NCBI GenBank assembly: GCA_036339715.1
Contig: JAYZAM010000069.1
Coordinates: 1-47,946, forward strand
From: Pseudomonadota bacterium
Lineage (GTDB): Bacteria > Pseudomonadota > Alphaproteobacteria > Caulobacterales > Hyphomonadaceae
Direction of reading: 5' to 3'
DNA: 47,946 bases
Shown here: in pieces, positions 17,777 through 27,047 of the stretch
How positions within the stretch are numbered: position 1 is the first letter of the stretch
Layout: the number at the start of each line of letters is the position of its first letter
Translations under genes and position numbers: made by a program
The notes under the pieces: generated by a model
The model's input: only the letters and a program-made list of their open reading frames with translations
Database searches by the model: none
What the model was told of the DNA's origin: nothing

Positions 17777-19741
17777 TCAGAACCCCGGAAGGACGTCAGG
17801 ATCGCCGCGATCTGCCGCTACGGCGCGTCTTACGGTTTCCAGATTTTGATCGCTGGTCGGATCAATCTCATCGTCTATGTTGGCGTCAGCACTTGGCTCG
17901 CGTACGCATTTTTCACGCGTATCATCATTCGTGTACTCAGGTTCTCTCGTCCGTTTCAGTGACACACTATCGGGTTGTCCGATATCTTTCTTAGCCTCCG
18001 GCTCCTGGAACGGCGGGGCCGCAACAATGGATGTCCATTCGGCGTCACATGCTTGGCCGCTCCATTCGACTGGCGCTGGTGACAAGACGCGTTTGGTGAA
18101 ATTTCGGTCCTTGAAATATCGCAGCTTCTGCGCGTGTGCGGGCGGCGCACCTGACACCATGACAATTTCATCCGATGCAGCCAGCTGCATGACCTCACCC
18201 GGCGTGATCAGAGCGCGCTGAGTTTCTTGTCGCGAAACCATCATGTGGGAGAGCCAAGGCGCTAGCCGATGGCCGGTATAATTTTTCTGGGAACGAAGCT
18301 CGGTAGTCGTGCCAAGGGCATCAGAGACACGTTTGGCTGTGCGCTCATCATTGGTCGCAAAGGCAATTCGGACATGGCAGTTATCGAGGATCGAATTGTT
18401 CGGCCCGTAAGCCTTTTCGATCTGGTTTAGGGATTGCGAGATCAGATAGGCCCGAATGCCATAGCCTGCCATGAAGGCGAGCGCACTTTCAAAGAAGTCG
18501 AGCCGTCCGAGCGCTGGAAACTCATCCAGCATGAAGAGGAGTTTTCGGCGGTTCTTTTCGGGCAAGTCTTCTGTCAGCCTGCGTCCAATCTGATTGAGGA
18601 TCAGCCGGATCAGCGGTTTCGTCCGTGAGAGGTCTGACGGGGGGACGACCAGATAGAGCGATAGCGGGCTCTCCTCTTCGACCAGGTCCTCAATGCGCCA
18701 GTCCGACCGGCTGGTGATTTCTGCGATCACGGGGTCACGATAAAGCGACAGGAAACTCATAGCCGTGGACAGAACCCCGGAGCGCTCATTCTCTGATTTG
18801 TTGAGAAGTTCTCGAGCGGCCTGCGCAACTATCGGATGCACCCCTCTCTCCCCCAGATGAGGCGTTGTCATCATGATACGGAGTGTGACGGCGAAGGAGC
18901 GTTTCGGATCGGACAGGAACCGCACGCAGCCGCTGAGTGTCTTGTCTGCTTCTGCATAAAGCACGTGCAGGATGACACCGACGAGCAAGGCATGTCCGGT
19001 CTTCTCCCAGTGGTTTCGGCGCTCCAGCGAGCCTTCAGGGTCAACCAGTATGTCAGCGATGTTCTGAACATCGCGTACTTCATGCTCGCCGCGGCGCACG
19101 CCCATAAGTGGATTATATTTCGGGGATCGCCGGTCGGTTGGATCAAACCGCACGCATCGGGAAAATCCGGATCGCCAGCCAGACGTGAGCTCCCAATTCT
19201 CGCCCTTGATGTCGTGGATGACGGCGCTGCCGGTCCAGGACAACAGGGTTGGTACAACCAGCCCCACGCCCTTGCCTGAACGCGTTGGTGCAAACGCCAT
19301 GACATGTTCAGGGCCGTCATGACGCAGATAGCGCTTTTGCCAACGCCCCAGGAACACGCCTTTATCCGCAAACAATCCGGCGCGTTTCAAATCGGGTGCG
19401 CTGGCCCATCGCGCCGAGCCGTAAGTGGTGACATGGCGCTCGTGGCGACTGCGCAAGACAGAACCAATGATCGCCGCCAGAAAGCCGAGCGCCGAACCGG
19501 AGACCGCGATCAGCCCGCCACGTGCGAACACTTCCGGCGCATAGGCTTCATAGGCGTACCACCATTGGAACAGCCGCCACGGTTTATAGATTGGTGTTTC
19601 GCCTGCGATGAACCAGGGCGCGCCAAGCGCTGCCTGATGGCCAAGCGCGTCAGCGGTCATTTGTGTGGCGAGCCAGACCGCTCCGATGATCAGCGCGAAC
19701 ACCACCATGATCTGGCCAATGAGTATCTTTGTGCCGGTCAT
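17777..19741 (-). CDS. traG: Type IV coupling protein TraG/VirD4
   Basis: TYGSARWA, APTRSGKGVGLVVP, LDEFPALG. Start placed at ATG 19741 behind AGGAGG. Confidence 0.95.
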   Translation of the reverse strand: MTGTKILIGQIMVVFALIIGAVWLATQMTADALGHQAALGAPWFIAGETPIYKPWRLFQWWYAYEAYAPEVFARGGLIAVSGSALGFLAAIIGSVLRSRHERHVTTYGSARWASAPDLKRAGLFADKGVFLGRWQKRYLRHDGPEHVMAFAPTRSGKGVGLVVPTLLSWTGSAVIHDIKGENWELTSGWRSGFSRCVRFDPTDRRSPKYNPLMGVRRGEHEVRDVQNIADILVDPEGSLERRNHWEKTGHALLVGVILHVLYAEADKTLSGCVRFLSDPKRSFAVTLRIMMTTPHLGERGVHPIVAQAARELLNKSENERSGVLSTAMSFLSLYRDPVIAEITSRSDWRIEDLVEEESPLSLYLVVPPSDLSRTKPLIRLILNQIGRRLTEDLPEKNRRKLLFMLDEFPALGRLDFFESALAFMAGYGIRAYLISQSLNQIEKAYGPNNSILDNCHVRIAFATNDERTAKRVSDALGTTTELRSQKNYTGHRLAPWLSHMMVSRQETQRALITPGEVMQLAASDEIVMVSGAPPAHAQKLRYFKDRNFTKRVLSPAPVEWSGQACDAEWTSIVAAPPFQEPEAKKDIGQPDSVSLKRTREPEYTNDDTREKCVREPSADANIDDEIDPTSDQNLETVRRAVAADRGDPDVLPGF

Positions 19742-19859
19742 GGCGTGCCTCCTTGAAAGAGCAATTTGTCGTCTCCCAAGAATGATTGCTGAGACTGGTC
19801 TTGGACCAGCGGGATTCTGCGCCAATTCCCGCAGCGCCTTGCAAAGCCATCCAAGCCGT

Positions 19860-21788
19860 CTAGCGAGACAGCCCTCTGGAACGCCCCATATCCATGCTCC
19901 AGCCAATACCCGACGCGGTGCGTTTTATGGTCAGTTCTCGTCCCATTTGCCGACCAAGACTGCCACGCCATGGCACCAGCGCGAATTCCTTTGCGTTGCC
20001 AATGATCGCCATACGCCCGGCTGCAAGGTCGACATGCCCTTCGAGCTTGCCCTCAAACCGATCCCCTTTCGCCAGCTGAACAGAGGTTCGGCCTGAAGCG
20101 ACTGCGATGGTGTCCCGCTCACGCTTCAGTTCCAGAGCGCGCAGCTTGCTTTTCTGCTCTTCCATGAGTTCTGATTGGCCCGCACCCAGATAGCCTTGTT
20201 CGCGGAGCCAGATCTGCCGACTTGCTTTCAAGTCCTTCAAGGTTTGCTGCTGCGCTGCTGCATCCTCTGACAGGTCGTCGATCCATGTTTCGCCGAGGCG
20301 GTCGATCTGCATCTTCGGTGAAAGCCAGGACAGGACACTCAATTTGACGCCGCCGGATCGGCCCGCCTCATATGCCGCTGCGCGCTCCAGAAAGTCTTCG
20401 CCAATGTGCCATTCACCGGTCGCAAGGCGCTCCCCAATACCCACACGCCGCAAAGCTTCGAGCCGCCGCTTCAGTGTCAGATGATAGGCTGGTTTTGATC
20501 CGGGATCGTGGCGGGCGTGCAGGGCTTCCGACCAGATATCGCCGGTTTGCTCTGCGACCTCAGCAATGGCCTTGTCCGAGGAACGCGCCACGGCTCGCGC
20601 GCGGGAGAGCTCCACCACTGCGCCTTGCGGCGGGCGGGCGTGAACATCGACCGCTGCAGAAGGCACATGCCAGATGCCACCGTCAAAATCTTCAATAAGC
20701 AGATAGCGCGTATCGCGAAGTTCATCCTCCGGGCCATAAGCCTTCACGACCCCGCGAATGGGGGCGGCGTCTTTCGCGCGGTCCTGAACAAATCGAATGT
20801 CGGACTCTCGTTCGCCGAATTCAGCGGCAAGTGTGCGGATGATATCGCCGCGCCGTGCTCTGCGTTTTAGCTGCTCTTGCCAGCCCTGTTTCATTCGCCA
20901 GGAGAGCGTGCCGTCCTGTTCAGCCAGGCCAAGAGATTCAAGGTGCCTGATGCGCGCGAAGCGCAAGGACCGATCAAACCGCTCTTTGCTCGAGCTTGCA
21001 TCACCTAGCCTGAATGCGCCGTTCTCCAATCGCGTTTCGATCTCGGAATCGAGCCCTGTCCAGCGGTCCTGATCCACCTGCTTCTGACGCGCACCCGCGA
21101 TCTCCAATGTTCGCCTCGGTCCGAGCCGTTGCGTGGCGAGTTCTTCGGCAGCTTCTCGGAGGCCCTTTGTGAGATAGTCCCGCGCGATGACGACATCCTT
21201 CATCCGGGCGTCGCGACCCCGCACAACAATATGGGTATGCGGATGGCCTGTATTGTGGTGATCAACGGCGACCCAATCGAGACGCCGCCCGACATCCCTT
21301 TCCATTCTCGCCATCAGTTCGCGCGTGGCCTGTTTGAGGTCCCCCATACGTGCGCCATCTTCCGGCGAGACGATGATCCGAAACTGGTGGAGGTCATGCT
21401 CGCTACGCTCCAGAAATTCGCGGGGGCTGATCCCCTCCTGATCGCGATCATAAAGAATGCCTCCTTCTCCCTCGCGATCGACACCGTCGCGCTGCAGATA
21501 GCTGACATGGGCGCGAAAGAGTCCGGGACCTGCGCCGCGCGCTCTTGCGATATGCACTTTGACAATGACGCGGCGCATGTGTTGGCGAGACAAATGCCTA
21601 TGGCGAGAACCACCGGTTCGGGCCGCGCCGCCCGTGCCATAACGCGCGCCTGTAAAGGCAGACTTGCGAGAGGCTTTGGAAAGTCTCGCTCCGGCCTTAT
21701 TCAGCTGGCGTGACAAGCGCTTGCCTGCGGGCGCGCCTTGATCGCGTATACGTCCGAGCCGCGGCGTGAAGGGTCTTTCCTCGCTCAT
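19860..21788 (-). CDS. rlxS: VirD2-like relaxase with DUF3363 C-terminus (RlxS-type)
   Basis: HVSYLQRDGV (catalytic Tyr), FRIIVSPEDG, HUH motif DHHNTGHPHTHIVVRG, C-terminal FALVPW. Confidence 0.9.
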   Translation of the reverse strand: MSEERPFTPRLGRIRDQGAPAGKRLSRQLNKAGARLSKASRKSAFTGARYGTGGAARTGGSRHRHLSRQHMRRVIVKVHIARARGAGPGLFRAHVSYLQRDGVDREGEGGILYDRDQEGISPREFLERSEHDLHQFRIIVSPEDGARMGDLKQATRELMARMERDVGRRLDWVAVDHHNTGHPHTHIVVRGRDARMKDVVIARDYLTKGLREAAEELATQRLGPRRTLEIAGARQKQVDQDRWTGLDSEIETRLENGAFRLGDASSSKERFDRSLRFARIRHLESLGLAEQDGTLSWRMKQGWQEQLKRRARRGDIIRTLAAEFGERESDIRFVQDRAKDAAPIRGVVKAYGPEDELRDTRYLLIEDFDGGIWHVPSAAVDVHARPPQGAVVELSRARAVARSSDKAIAEVAEQTGDIWSEALHARHDPGSKPAYHLTLKRRLEALRRVGIGERLATGEWHIGEDFLERAAAYEAGRSGGVKLSVLSWLSPKMQIDRLGETWIDDLSEDAAAQQQTLKDLKASRQIWLREQGYLGAGQSELMEEQKSKLRALELKRERDTIAVASGRTSVQLAKGDRFEGKLEGHVDLAAGRMAIIGNAKEFALVPWRGSLGRQMGRELTIKRTASGIGWSMDMGRSRGLSR

Positions 21789-21945
21789 CGGAGGTCACTC
21801 AATCCGTGCACCAAGGAATATTCAGTAATTTCAACGCGTTTCGAGAAACGCATGCACCACAATGCTGTGCAAAGGGCGCCAAAAAACAGATGTGCAGACA
21901 AGGGGTTAGGCGCCATGTGGTGCCATAGCTTCAATCTTGCCCTAC
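21789..21945. other. Candidate oriT region
   Basis: Between traF and the relaxase. Contains MOBP nic-like ATCTTGC (21934-21940), hairpin GCGTTTC-GA-GAAACGC (21836-21851) and repeated TGCACCA/GGCGCCA/GGTGCCA heptamers. Confidence 0.5.
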
Positions 21946-22506
21946 CGGGTTCGCTTCTGATTCCCTTGCATCCGCATGTATCGCTTTGCATCCGCTTGCG
22001 CCCTGTCTGTCCCGGGCCACGAAAACGGGGATGGCGACGCCATCCAGGTCTGTTTGTTTTACGGGACCGAAATACCGGCCATCAAGCGACGCCGGATGCG
22101 GCGTCAGCAGGAAAAGCTCATCGCTTTCAAGCCGGACACAGCCATCCCACACAGGCAGGTTTCGGCCACTGGAATCGACAATCAGCGCTTCCGCCACAAC
22201 TTCATCATTGATCAGAATGTCGCGTCCGGTCCGGCAGATTTCATCGCCGGGACCCCCGGCAATCTGTTTCAATAACGGCCAGTCTTCGCCAACAAATTCA
22301 TGCTCCTGCGCCCAGTTCGCTTGCACGCTCTGGCTGGAGACGACGACCCATCGGCCAGGGGTGAAGGGCGCGTCGCTCAGCCAGTAAAGCCCTGTCGGTG
22401 CGCTCGCGGTCCGGTTCCAGATCAAGCGATCTGCGGGGTCGAGAACCAGACCGAAAAAGACAAGACCGGCGCTAAATCCTGTCATCCAAAGCGTGCGCTT
22501 TTTCAT
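21931..22506 (-). CDS. traF: S26-family conjugative peptidase TraF
   Basis: WNRTASAPTGLY, PLLKQIAG, SLDGRYFGPV. Confidence 0.9.
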   Translation of the reverse strand: MKKRTLWMTGFSAGLVFFGLVLDPADRLIWNRTASAPTGLYWLSDAPFTPGRWVVVSSQSVQANWAQEHEFVGEDWPLLKQIAGGPGDEICRTGRDILINDEVVAEALIVDSSGRNLPVWDGCVRLESDELFLLTPHPASLDGRYFGPVKQTDLDGVAIPVFVARDRQGASGCKAIHADARESEANPVGQD

Positions 22507-22745
22507 TCCGGCTTCTGCAGGCGTTCGGATGTGGACGCATAGGAATTGCGCTCTGACCAGCGGATGAGATCGGGTTTCGGATAGAAGACCCGCGCGCCAT
22601 GTTTGCGGTAAATCGGCCCGCGTCCCTCGCAGCGATAATGGTCAAGCGTTGAGCGTTTCAGCCTCAGAAATTCTGCCGCTTCCTCGACACTCAAAAGCTC
22701 CGGCCAGCCATCGTTTCGGCGATCATTTCGTCTGTTTTTCGTCAT
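22503..22745 (-). CDS. rdfS: Excisionase-like HTH protein (RdfS-like)
   Basis: LSVEEAAEFLRLKRSTLDHYRCEGRGPIYRKHGARVFY. Overlaps the traF start, as in rdfS-traF-rlxS operons. Start placed at ATG 22745. Confidence 0.75.
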   Translation of the reverse strand: MTKNRRNDRRNDGWPELLSVEEAAEFLRLKRSTLDHYRCEGRGPIYRKHGARVFYPKPDLIRWSERNSYASTSERLQKPE

Positions 22746-22811
22746 TGTACACAGTGTCCTTTCATCACTTTTGAGACGAAAGGATTGGCGGAGATTGCGG
22801 GATTTTGCAGA

Positions 22812-22838
22812 GGGAAAATGGATCACATGAATTTTCCC
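22812..22838 (-). promoter_or_regulatory. Inverted repeat upstream of rdfS, candidate FseA box
   Basis: GGGAAAAT-N11-ATTTTCCC, about 70-90 bp upstream of the rdfS start and downstream of a terminator. Confidence 0.5.
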
Positions 22839-22865
22839 CCGACGTTTTAACCAAGGAAAAAGCAT

Positions 22866-22899
22866 AAAAAAACCGCCCCGGAGAAAGCCTCCGGGGCGG
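22866..22899 (-). terminator. Rho-independent terminator after DUF736
   Basis: Minus strand CCGCCCCGGAG-GCTTT-CTCCGGGGCGG-TTTTTTT. Confidence 0.85.
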
Positions 22900-22922
22900 C
22901 GTTATGGTTGGTGTTTCGGCGT

Positions 22923-23246
22923 CTAGCCCTGCGGGTTCCAGAGGATGACGTGGCGGCCATCCTTATCCTTGACCGGGGCGAGGTTCGCATAGATTTTGCG
23001 CGGGCCGATCATCGGGTCTGCGAGGGTGAGCGAGACATATTCGCGGCCCGAAGACTTCGCGGTGCGGACCCAGCCGCCGCCAATATCGGAGCCTTTCTCT
23101 CCGGCATAGACCCTGAAATCGGGCTGTTTGTCGGCGGTCTTTTCGTCATTTTTGATGATGCGGATCGGCGTGTTGAGGCTCATCATGGCAAGTGCGCCTT
23201 CAAAGCCTGTGTCTGTTTCGCTGACATATCCAAGTGCGTTAGCCAT
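22923..23246 (-). CDS. DUF736 family protein
   Basis: KQPDFRVYAG...IGGGW...SGREYVSLTLADP...IYANL...ILWNP. RBS AAGGAG; start placed at 23246. Confidence 0.85.
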   Translation of the reverse strand: MANALGYVSETDTGFEGALAMMSLNTPIRIIKNDEKTADKQPDFRVYAGEKGSDIGGGWVRTAKSSGREYVSLTLADPMIGPRKIYANLAPVKDKDGRHVILWNPQG

Positions 23247-23275
23247 TTTCATATCTCCTTTTGGCTTCGTGTCGC

Positions 23276-23513
23276 GGGCGCCCCGATGGCTCCGTTGACG
23301 CTGACCTAAAGGGACGGCGGGCGGCAGGTCTGAACCGCGAAGCGGGCGCAGCAAAGCGGAGCACCGCCCGGTGGCGGAAATTTGATTCGCGGTGAATGCG
23401 CGTTCGGTCTTCTTCAGACCGAACAGCAGAGGAAATTTCTGGCGATGGGCGGTTTCATGGCCCGCAGGCGGTCGTCCAGGTCAGGCAAGGAAACGGGGCC
23501 GCTCGGGGCGTCC
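23276..23513. promoter_or_regulatory. Long nested imperfect stem-loop, candidate ssDNA promoter (Frpo/ssi-like)
   Basis: Nested pairs CGCCCCGA/TCGGGGCG, GGCTCCGTT/AACGGGGCC, CTGACCT/AGGTCAG, GCGGGC/GCCCGC, ACCGCCC/GGGCGGT, GAAATTT/AAATTTC, with apex GTTCGGTCT-TCTTC-AGACCGAAC. Confidence 0.6.
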
Positions 23514-23695
23514 TTCGTGCAATGCCAGAGGTGTTTGCAACTGGCAGGCACGCCAATATGTCAGGAACAAACAGGGCAGTTGGTAAGGAAACCACCCATG
23601 TCGTTTCGCGAGCTTGCTTCCGCGCCACCAACAGGAAAAGACCGCCCGGCAAAACTGCCGGACGGTCCCGAACCATGCCGCTTACGGGAGGCGTG

Positions 23696-25468
23696 TCAGG
23701 CGGCGATGGCTGTCTTTGCTTCCGGGGTTTCGAGCGAAGCCCTGTCCTCGCTGTCCTCGAACAGACCCCTGACGGCCTCCCACGCTTCGGCGGGCGGGCA
23801 TGGCGCGCCGTCAAGATAAGAGGATGGCGACTGCCGCATCCAGCGGGGCCGCCAGTCCGGGTCGGGGTCGCATCCATGCCCGGCGATGCGGTTGCGGATG
23901 ACGGATTTCTGCGCCTTTCCGGTATCGGTCAGGACAGACCGGGCCGTGGATGGCGAGGCGATTTCAGCGACCATTTCATTGATGACGCGCTTGTCGCGCA
24001 GCAAGTAAAAGAACGCCTCATCGGGCGACCACAGCGCGGCAAAATCCGTGTCCGTCACATGTGCGGCGGCTTCGACGGCGGGCGAACCTGCCTGCAGGGT
24101 TTCGCCCATTGCGACGGCGAGAACATGCAGCACCTCTTCATCACTGAGCGCCAGAAGCCGGGCGAAGGTCTCGCAAGGGTCGGCGGGAAAAGCATTCTCC
24201 GCCACCAGCGAACCGTCTTGGTCATCCTGCCCAATCAGCGCCTTGGCCTTGGCGCGGTGCGCGGCGAACTTCACTTCCCCTGCCGAAGCCGCGAGGCTTT
24301 CCGCGGTCGCTTCCTTCCGTGTGCGCTGCTGCTCAACGTCCAGCCGCCAGTTATCCGAGCGGGTGACAAGATGGGCGACGGCGAGGCGCAGCGCGACGCC
24401 GGGCGCATCGCACAGACTCGCCCTGACGGCGGCGTGACGGTGCAGCGCGACATATTCCGCCAAGGGACCGGACATTTCCGGTTTTGGGGCGGGCTTGCCG
24501 TTCTCGCCATCGCCGCCCCGGCCAAGGATACGCTCGATTTTCTCGATGTCCTTTGATGGCAGATAGCCTTCATGGGCCGTGACAGAGCCGTCATGGCGGG
24601 TCTCGATATAGACCTTGCCGCCGTCTTTCCGGCTGCGCTTGCCATGCTCCCATGTCAGGAAGTGCGCGCCCCGTTCCAGCACGACGGTTTCGGCCCAGCC
24701 CTCATTCCGGTAGCGTTCGGCCATGTCGGCGATGGCCTCATTCTGGCAAGTCCAGAACAGGTCAGCGTCCCCGAAAATGGCAGTCTCGCCGAACAGGTCG
24801 GTCAGCACGGTCCCGTCATAGGCTTCCAAATCGAACAGCGCCTTGTCGGTGGTGATGCGGCCGCCGCCTGTGAGCCAGTCTTTCAACTGCTCGCCGCGCG
24901 GGGCGTATTCGTCTTCCGCGTTCAACAGGGTCAGCCAGTCTTCCTGCTGCTCTTTTGTGGCGAGCGTCAGGGCGTAAAGCGTCCGCTTGTCGATGATTTC
25001 GGCCCTGTAGAGCGCCTTGATATCATCGGTGAGCGCCGTCAGCGCCAGCACCCGGCGCACCATGAGTTCGGTGACGCCGAAGCGCTCTGCAATCACCGTG
25101 ACGGTCTCGCCTTTTGAAGCAAGCCGGGCGAAGACGTCATATTGCAGAAACTCGTCGGCTGGAAGGTGGGTGGTGTTCTCGACAAGGGTCGCTTCCAGCG
25201 CGGCAATGTCATCGCCGGATTGCATAACGAGACAGGGCGCTTTCTGCGCCTTGCCTGTCTCCTTGGCGAGGCGTTTGAGGGCGAAGAAACGGCGGCGTCC
25301 GGCGACAACGCCATACTTGCTACCTTCCTTGCGGACCAGCATGGTCTGCAAGACGCCGCGCGACTTTATCGACGGATAGATGTCGGAAATGTCGGGCGCT
25401 TTGCGCCCGTGGCGCATATTGAGCCGGGACACTTTCATGTCGGTGATAGGGATATGTTTTAACTGCAT
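23696..25468 (-). CDS. ParB/Srx N-terminal domain protein (ICE leading-region type)
   Basis: VVAGRRRFFAL ParB box, central HTH (IAERFGVTELMVRRVLAL), DLF motifs. ATG 25468 behind AGGAGG. Confidence 0.88.
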   Translation of the reverse strand: MQLKHIPITDMKVSRLNMRHGRKAPDISDIYPSIKSRGVLQTMLVRKEGSKYGVVAGRRRFFALKRLAKETGKAQKAPCLVMQSGDDIAALEATLVENTTHLPADEFLQYDVFARLASKGETVTVIAERFGVTELMVRRVLALTALTDDIKALYRAEIIDKRTLYALTLATKEQQEDWLTLLNAEDEYAPRGEQLKDWLTGGGRITTDKALFDLEAYDGTVLTDLFGETAIFGDADLFWTCQNEAIADMAERYRNEGWAETVVLERGAHFLTWEHGKRSRKDGGKVYIETRHDGSVTAHEGYLPSKDIEKIERILGRGGDGENGKPAPKPEMSGPLAEYVALHRHAAVRASLCDAPGVALRLAVAHLVTRSDNWRLDVEQQRTRKEATAESLAASAGEVKFAAHRAKAKALIGQDDQDGSLVAENAFPADPCETFARLLALSDEEVLHVLAVAMGETLQAGSPAVEAAAHVTDTDFAALWSPDEAFFYLLRDKRVINEMVAEIASPSTARSVLTDTGKAQKSVIRNRIAGHGCDPDPDWRPRWMRQSPSSYLDGAPCPPAEAWEAVRGLFEDSEDRASLETPEAKTAIAA

Positions 25469-25514
25469 GGCGTTGCCTCCTTCATGATGTGCAGTTGGTG
25501 GGATGCCCCGTGCG

Positions 25515-25733
25515 TCAGCGCACAGGGCGGTTTTCAAGCCAGAGGCGGTAGGCGCGATGCGCCGCCCCCTCGCTCTCGAAAATGTGGAAACAGCCGCAGA
25601 CCAGCACGGCCCATGCGCCAATGTCTTCGGCGTCAAGCGATGCAAGCGCCGCGTCGAGTCGGCTGATGCGAAAGGGCGGATTCGTTCGGCAGACAAAATG
25701 TCCCCCGGACCTTTTGTTTATCTGCCTCACCAT
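25515..25733 (-). CDS. Small hypothetical protein, 72 aa
   Basis: Overlaps the ardC stop (ATGGTGA) and fills the ardC-parB gap. No recognised motif. Confidence 0.4.
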   Translation of the reverse strand: MVRQINKRSGGHFVCRTNPPFRISRLDAALASLDAEDIGAWAVLVCGCFHIFESEGAAHRAYRLWLENRPVR

Positions 25734-26671
25734 GGCGCCGCTTCCATCGCTGCGGCAGCGCTGCAGGGGTCCGGCGCGGCATAAGCGAGAATGTAATCAG
25801 CCGCCTTGGAAGCGAGCGACGCGGCGCGAAAAATGGCGCGCTTGTCCTCGCGCAATACTTCCAGCCAAGAACCGATGTAATCCGTATGCCGCACGGTCGG
25901 GGCGATGGACTGGTCCGCGCAGATGAACGCACTGGCGAGTTCCGCCACCAGTTCCTCGCGGGCGTAATCTTTGGTGCCGAATGCGCCTTTCAGGTCGCGG
26001 GCGAGGCGTTTCGGGTGCCCGGTCCAGTGGCCAAGCTCATGAAAGCAGGTGCGGTAATAATTGATCTGGTCAAAGAAAGCAGGCTGCGGCGGAACCTGAA
26101 TGAAATCCCTGGACGGAACATAATAGGCGCGGTCGCCGCCAATCCTGAAATCCGCGCCCGTCGCTGTAATCAGCGCTTCGGCGCGGGGGATAATCTCGCG
26201 CTCCGGCAAGTCGGGCGCGTTGGCGGTCAGGTCTTCGGGCAGGCCGTCGCACTGGTCTGCATTGAACACGGTATAGCGTTTGAGAAACGGCACCGTGCCC
26301 GGCGACTCGCCCGTCTCGCGCACACGTTCCCGTTCGGCTTTCGGGGTGAAGCGGTCGGCATAAACAACCGTCGTGCCGCGCTCGCCTTTGCGAACACACC
26401 CGCCAAGTGACAGCGCCTGTTTGAAGGTCAGCCATGTCTGACAGGAACGGCTTTGCTCAATCGCCGCGCCCCATAAAAGCAGAATATTGATTCCGGAATA
26501 GCGCCTGCCCGTCGCGCCATTCTCGGGCAAGCCAAGCGGAGTAGCCCCCTCCACCCCGCCCCAAGGCTGCACCCAAGGCGCGCGCCCCTGTTCCAGTTCC
26601 GCGATGATGTTATCCGTGACCTCTGAATAAAGGTCTTTCCGCGTGTTTCGTTGTCTGCGGCGCTGCGCCAT
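25727..26671 (-). CDS. ardC: ArdC antirestriction ssDNA-binding protein (DUF1738 + zincin-like domain)
   Basis: PWVQPW, YSGINILLLW, WLTFKQA, VRKGERG, FHELGHWTG, YAREELVAE. Confidence 0.93.
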   Translation of the reverse strand: MAQRRRQRNTRKDLYSEVTDNIIAELEQGRAPWVQPWGGVEGATPLGLPENGATGRRYSGINILLLWGAAIEQSRSCQTWLTFKQALSLGGCVRKGERGTTVVYADRFTPKAERERVRETGESPGTVPFLKRYTVFNADQCDGLPEDLTANAPDLPEREIIPRAEALITATGADFRIGGDRAYYVPSRDFIQVPPQPAFFDQINYYRTCFHELGHWTGHPKRLARDLKGAFGTKDYAREELVAELASAFICADQSIAPTVRHTDYIGSWLEVLREDKRAIFRAASLASKAADYILAYAAPDPCSAAAAMEAAPW

Positions 26672-26692
26672 CTCTGCCTCCTCTGACCCCCG

Positions 26693-26870
26693 CTTTTTTC
26701 CCGCAAGGCGGGGGCGGTGAGAGGCCGCTGGCCAGATGGCGTCAGGCGTGAGCGGAAGGGGTCAGGTAGGAGGCCGCAGGCACATAGACGATCTTCAAGA
26801 CGCCGCCCCCCTTCCGGGAGCGCCGCCATCTGGCATGCGCGCCTCCGCCCCCGCCTGAGAGGGAAAAAAG
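26693..26870. promoter_or_regulatory. Long nested stem-loop upstream of ardC, candidate ssDNA promoter
   Basis: CTTTTTTCCC/GGGAAAAAAG, AGGCGGGGGCGG/CCGCCCCCGCCT, GCCAGATGGCG/CGCCATCTGGC, CGGAAGGGG/CCCCTTCCG. Confidence 0.6.
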
Positions 26871-27047
26871 AAGCAAACATGCCGGCGCGCCAGCGCCGAC
26901 CGAATCCTTCACAACACTGCTTAAAAACTGCGCCAGGGATGAAAGCCCGAAGGGCCGGGACGGCGCGCAGCGATGGCCTGGTTCACGCCAGCCCGGCCGG
27001 CGAAGGCCGGGGCGCCCTTTCCTTGGTCGAACAGCCGAACACCGCCC

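Noticed and set aside
23396-24556. 386-aa plus-strand ORF
   Set aside because: GC-rich antisense shadow of the ParB-like gene and the hairpin region; no motifs.
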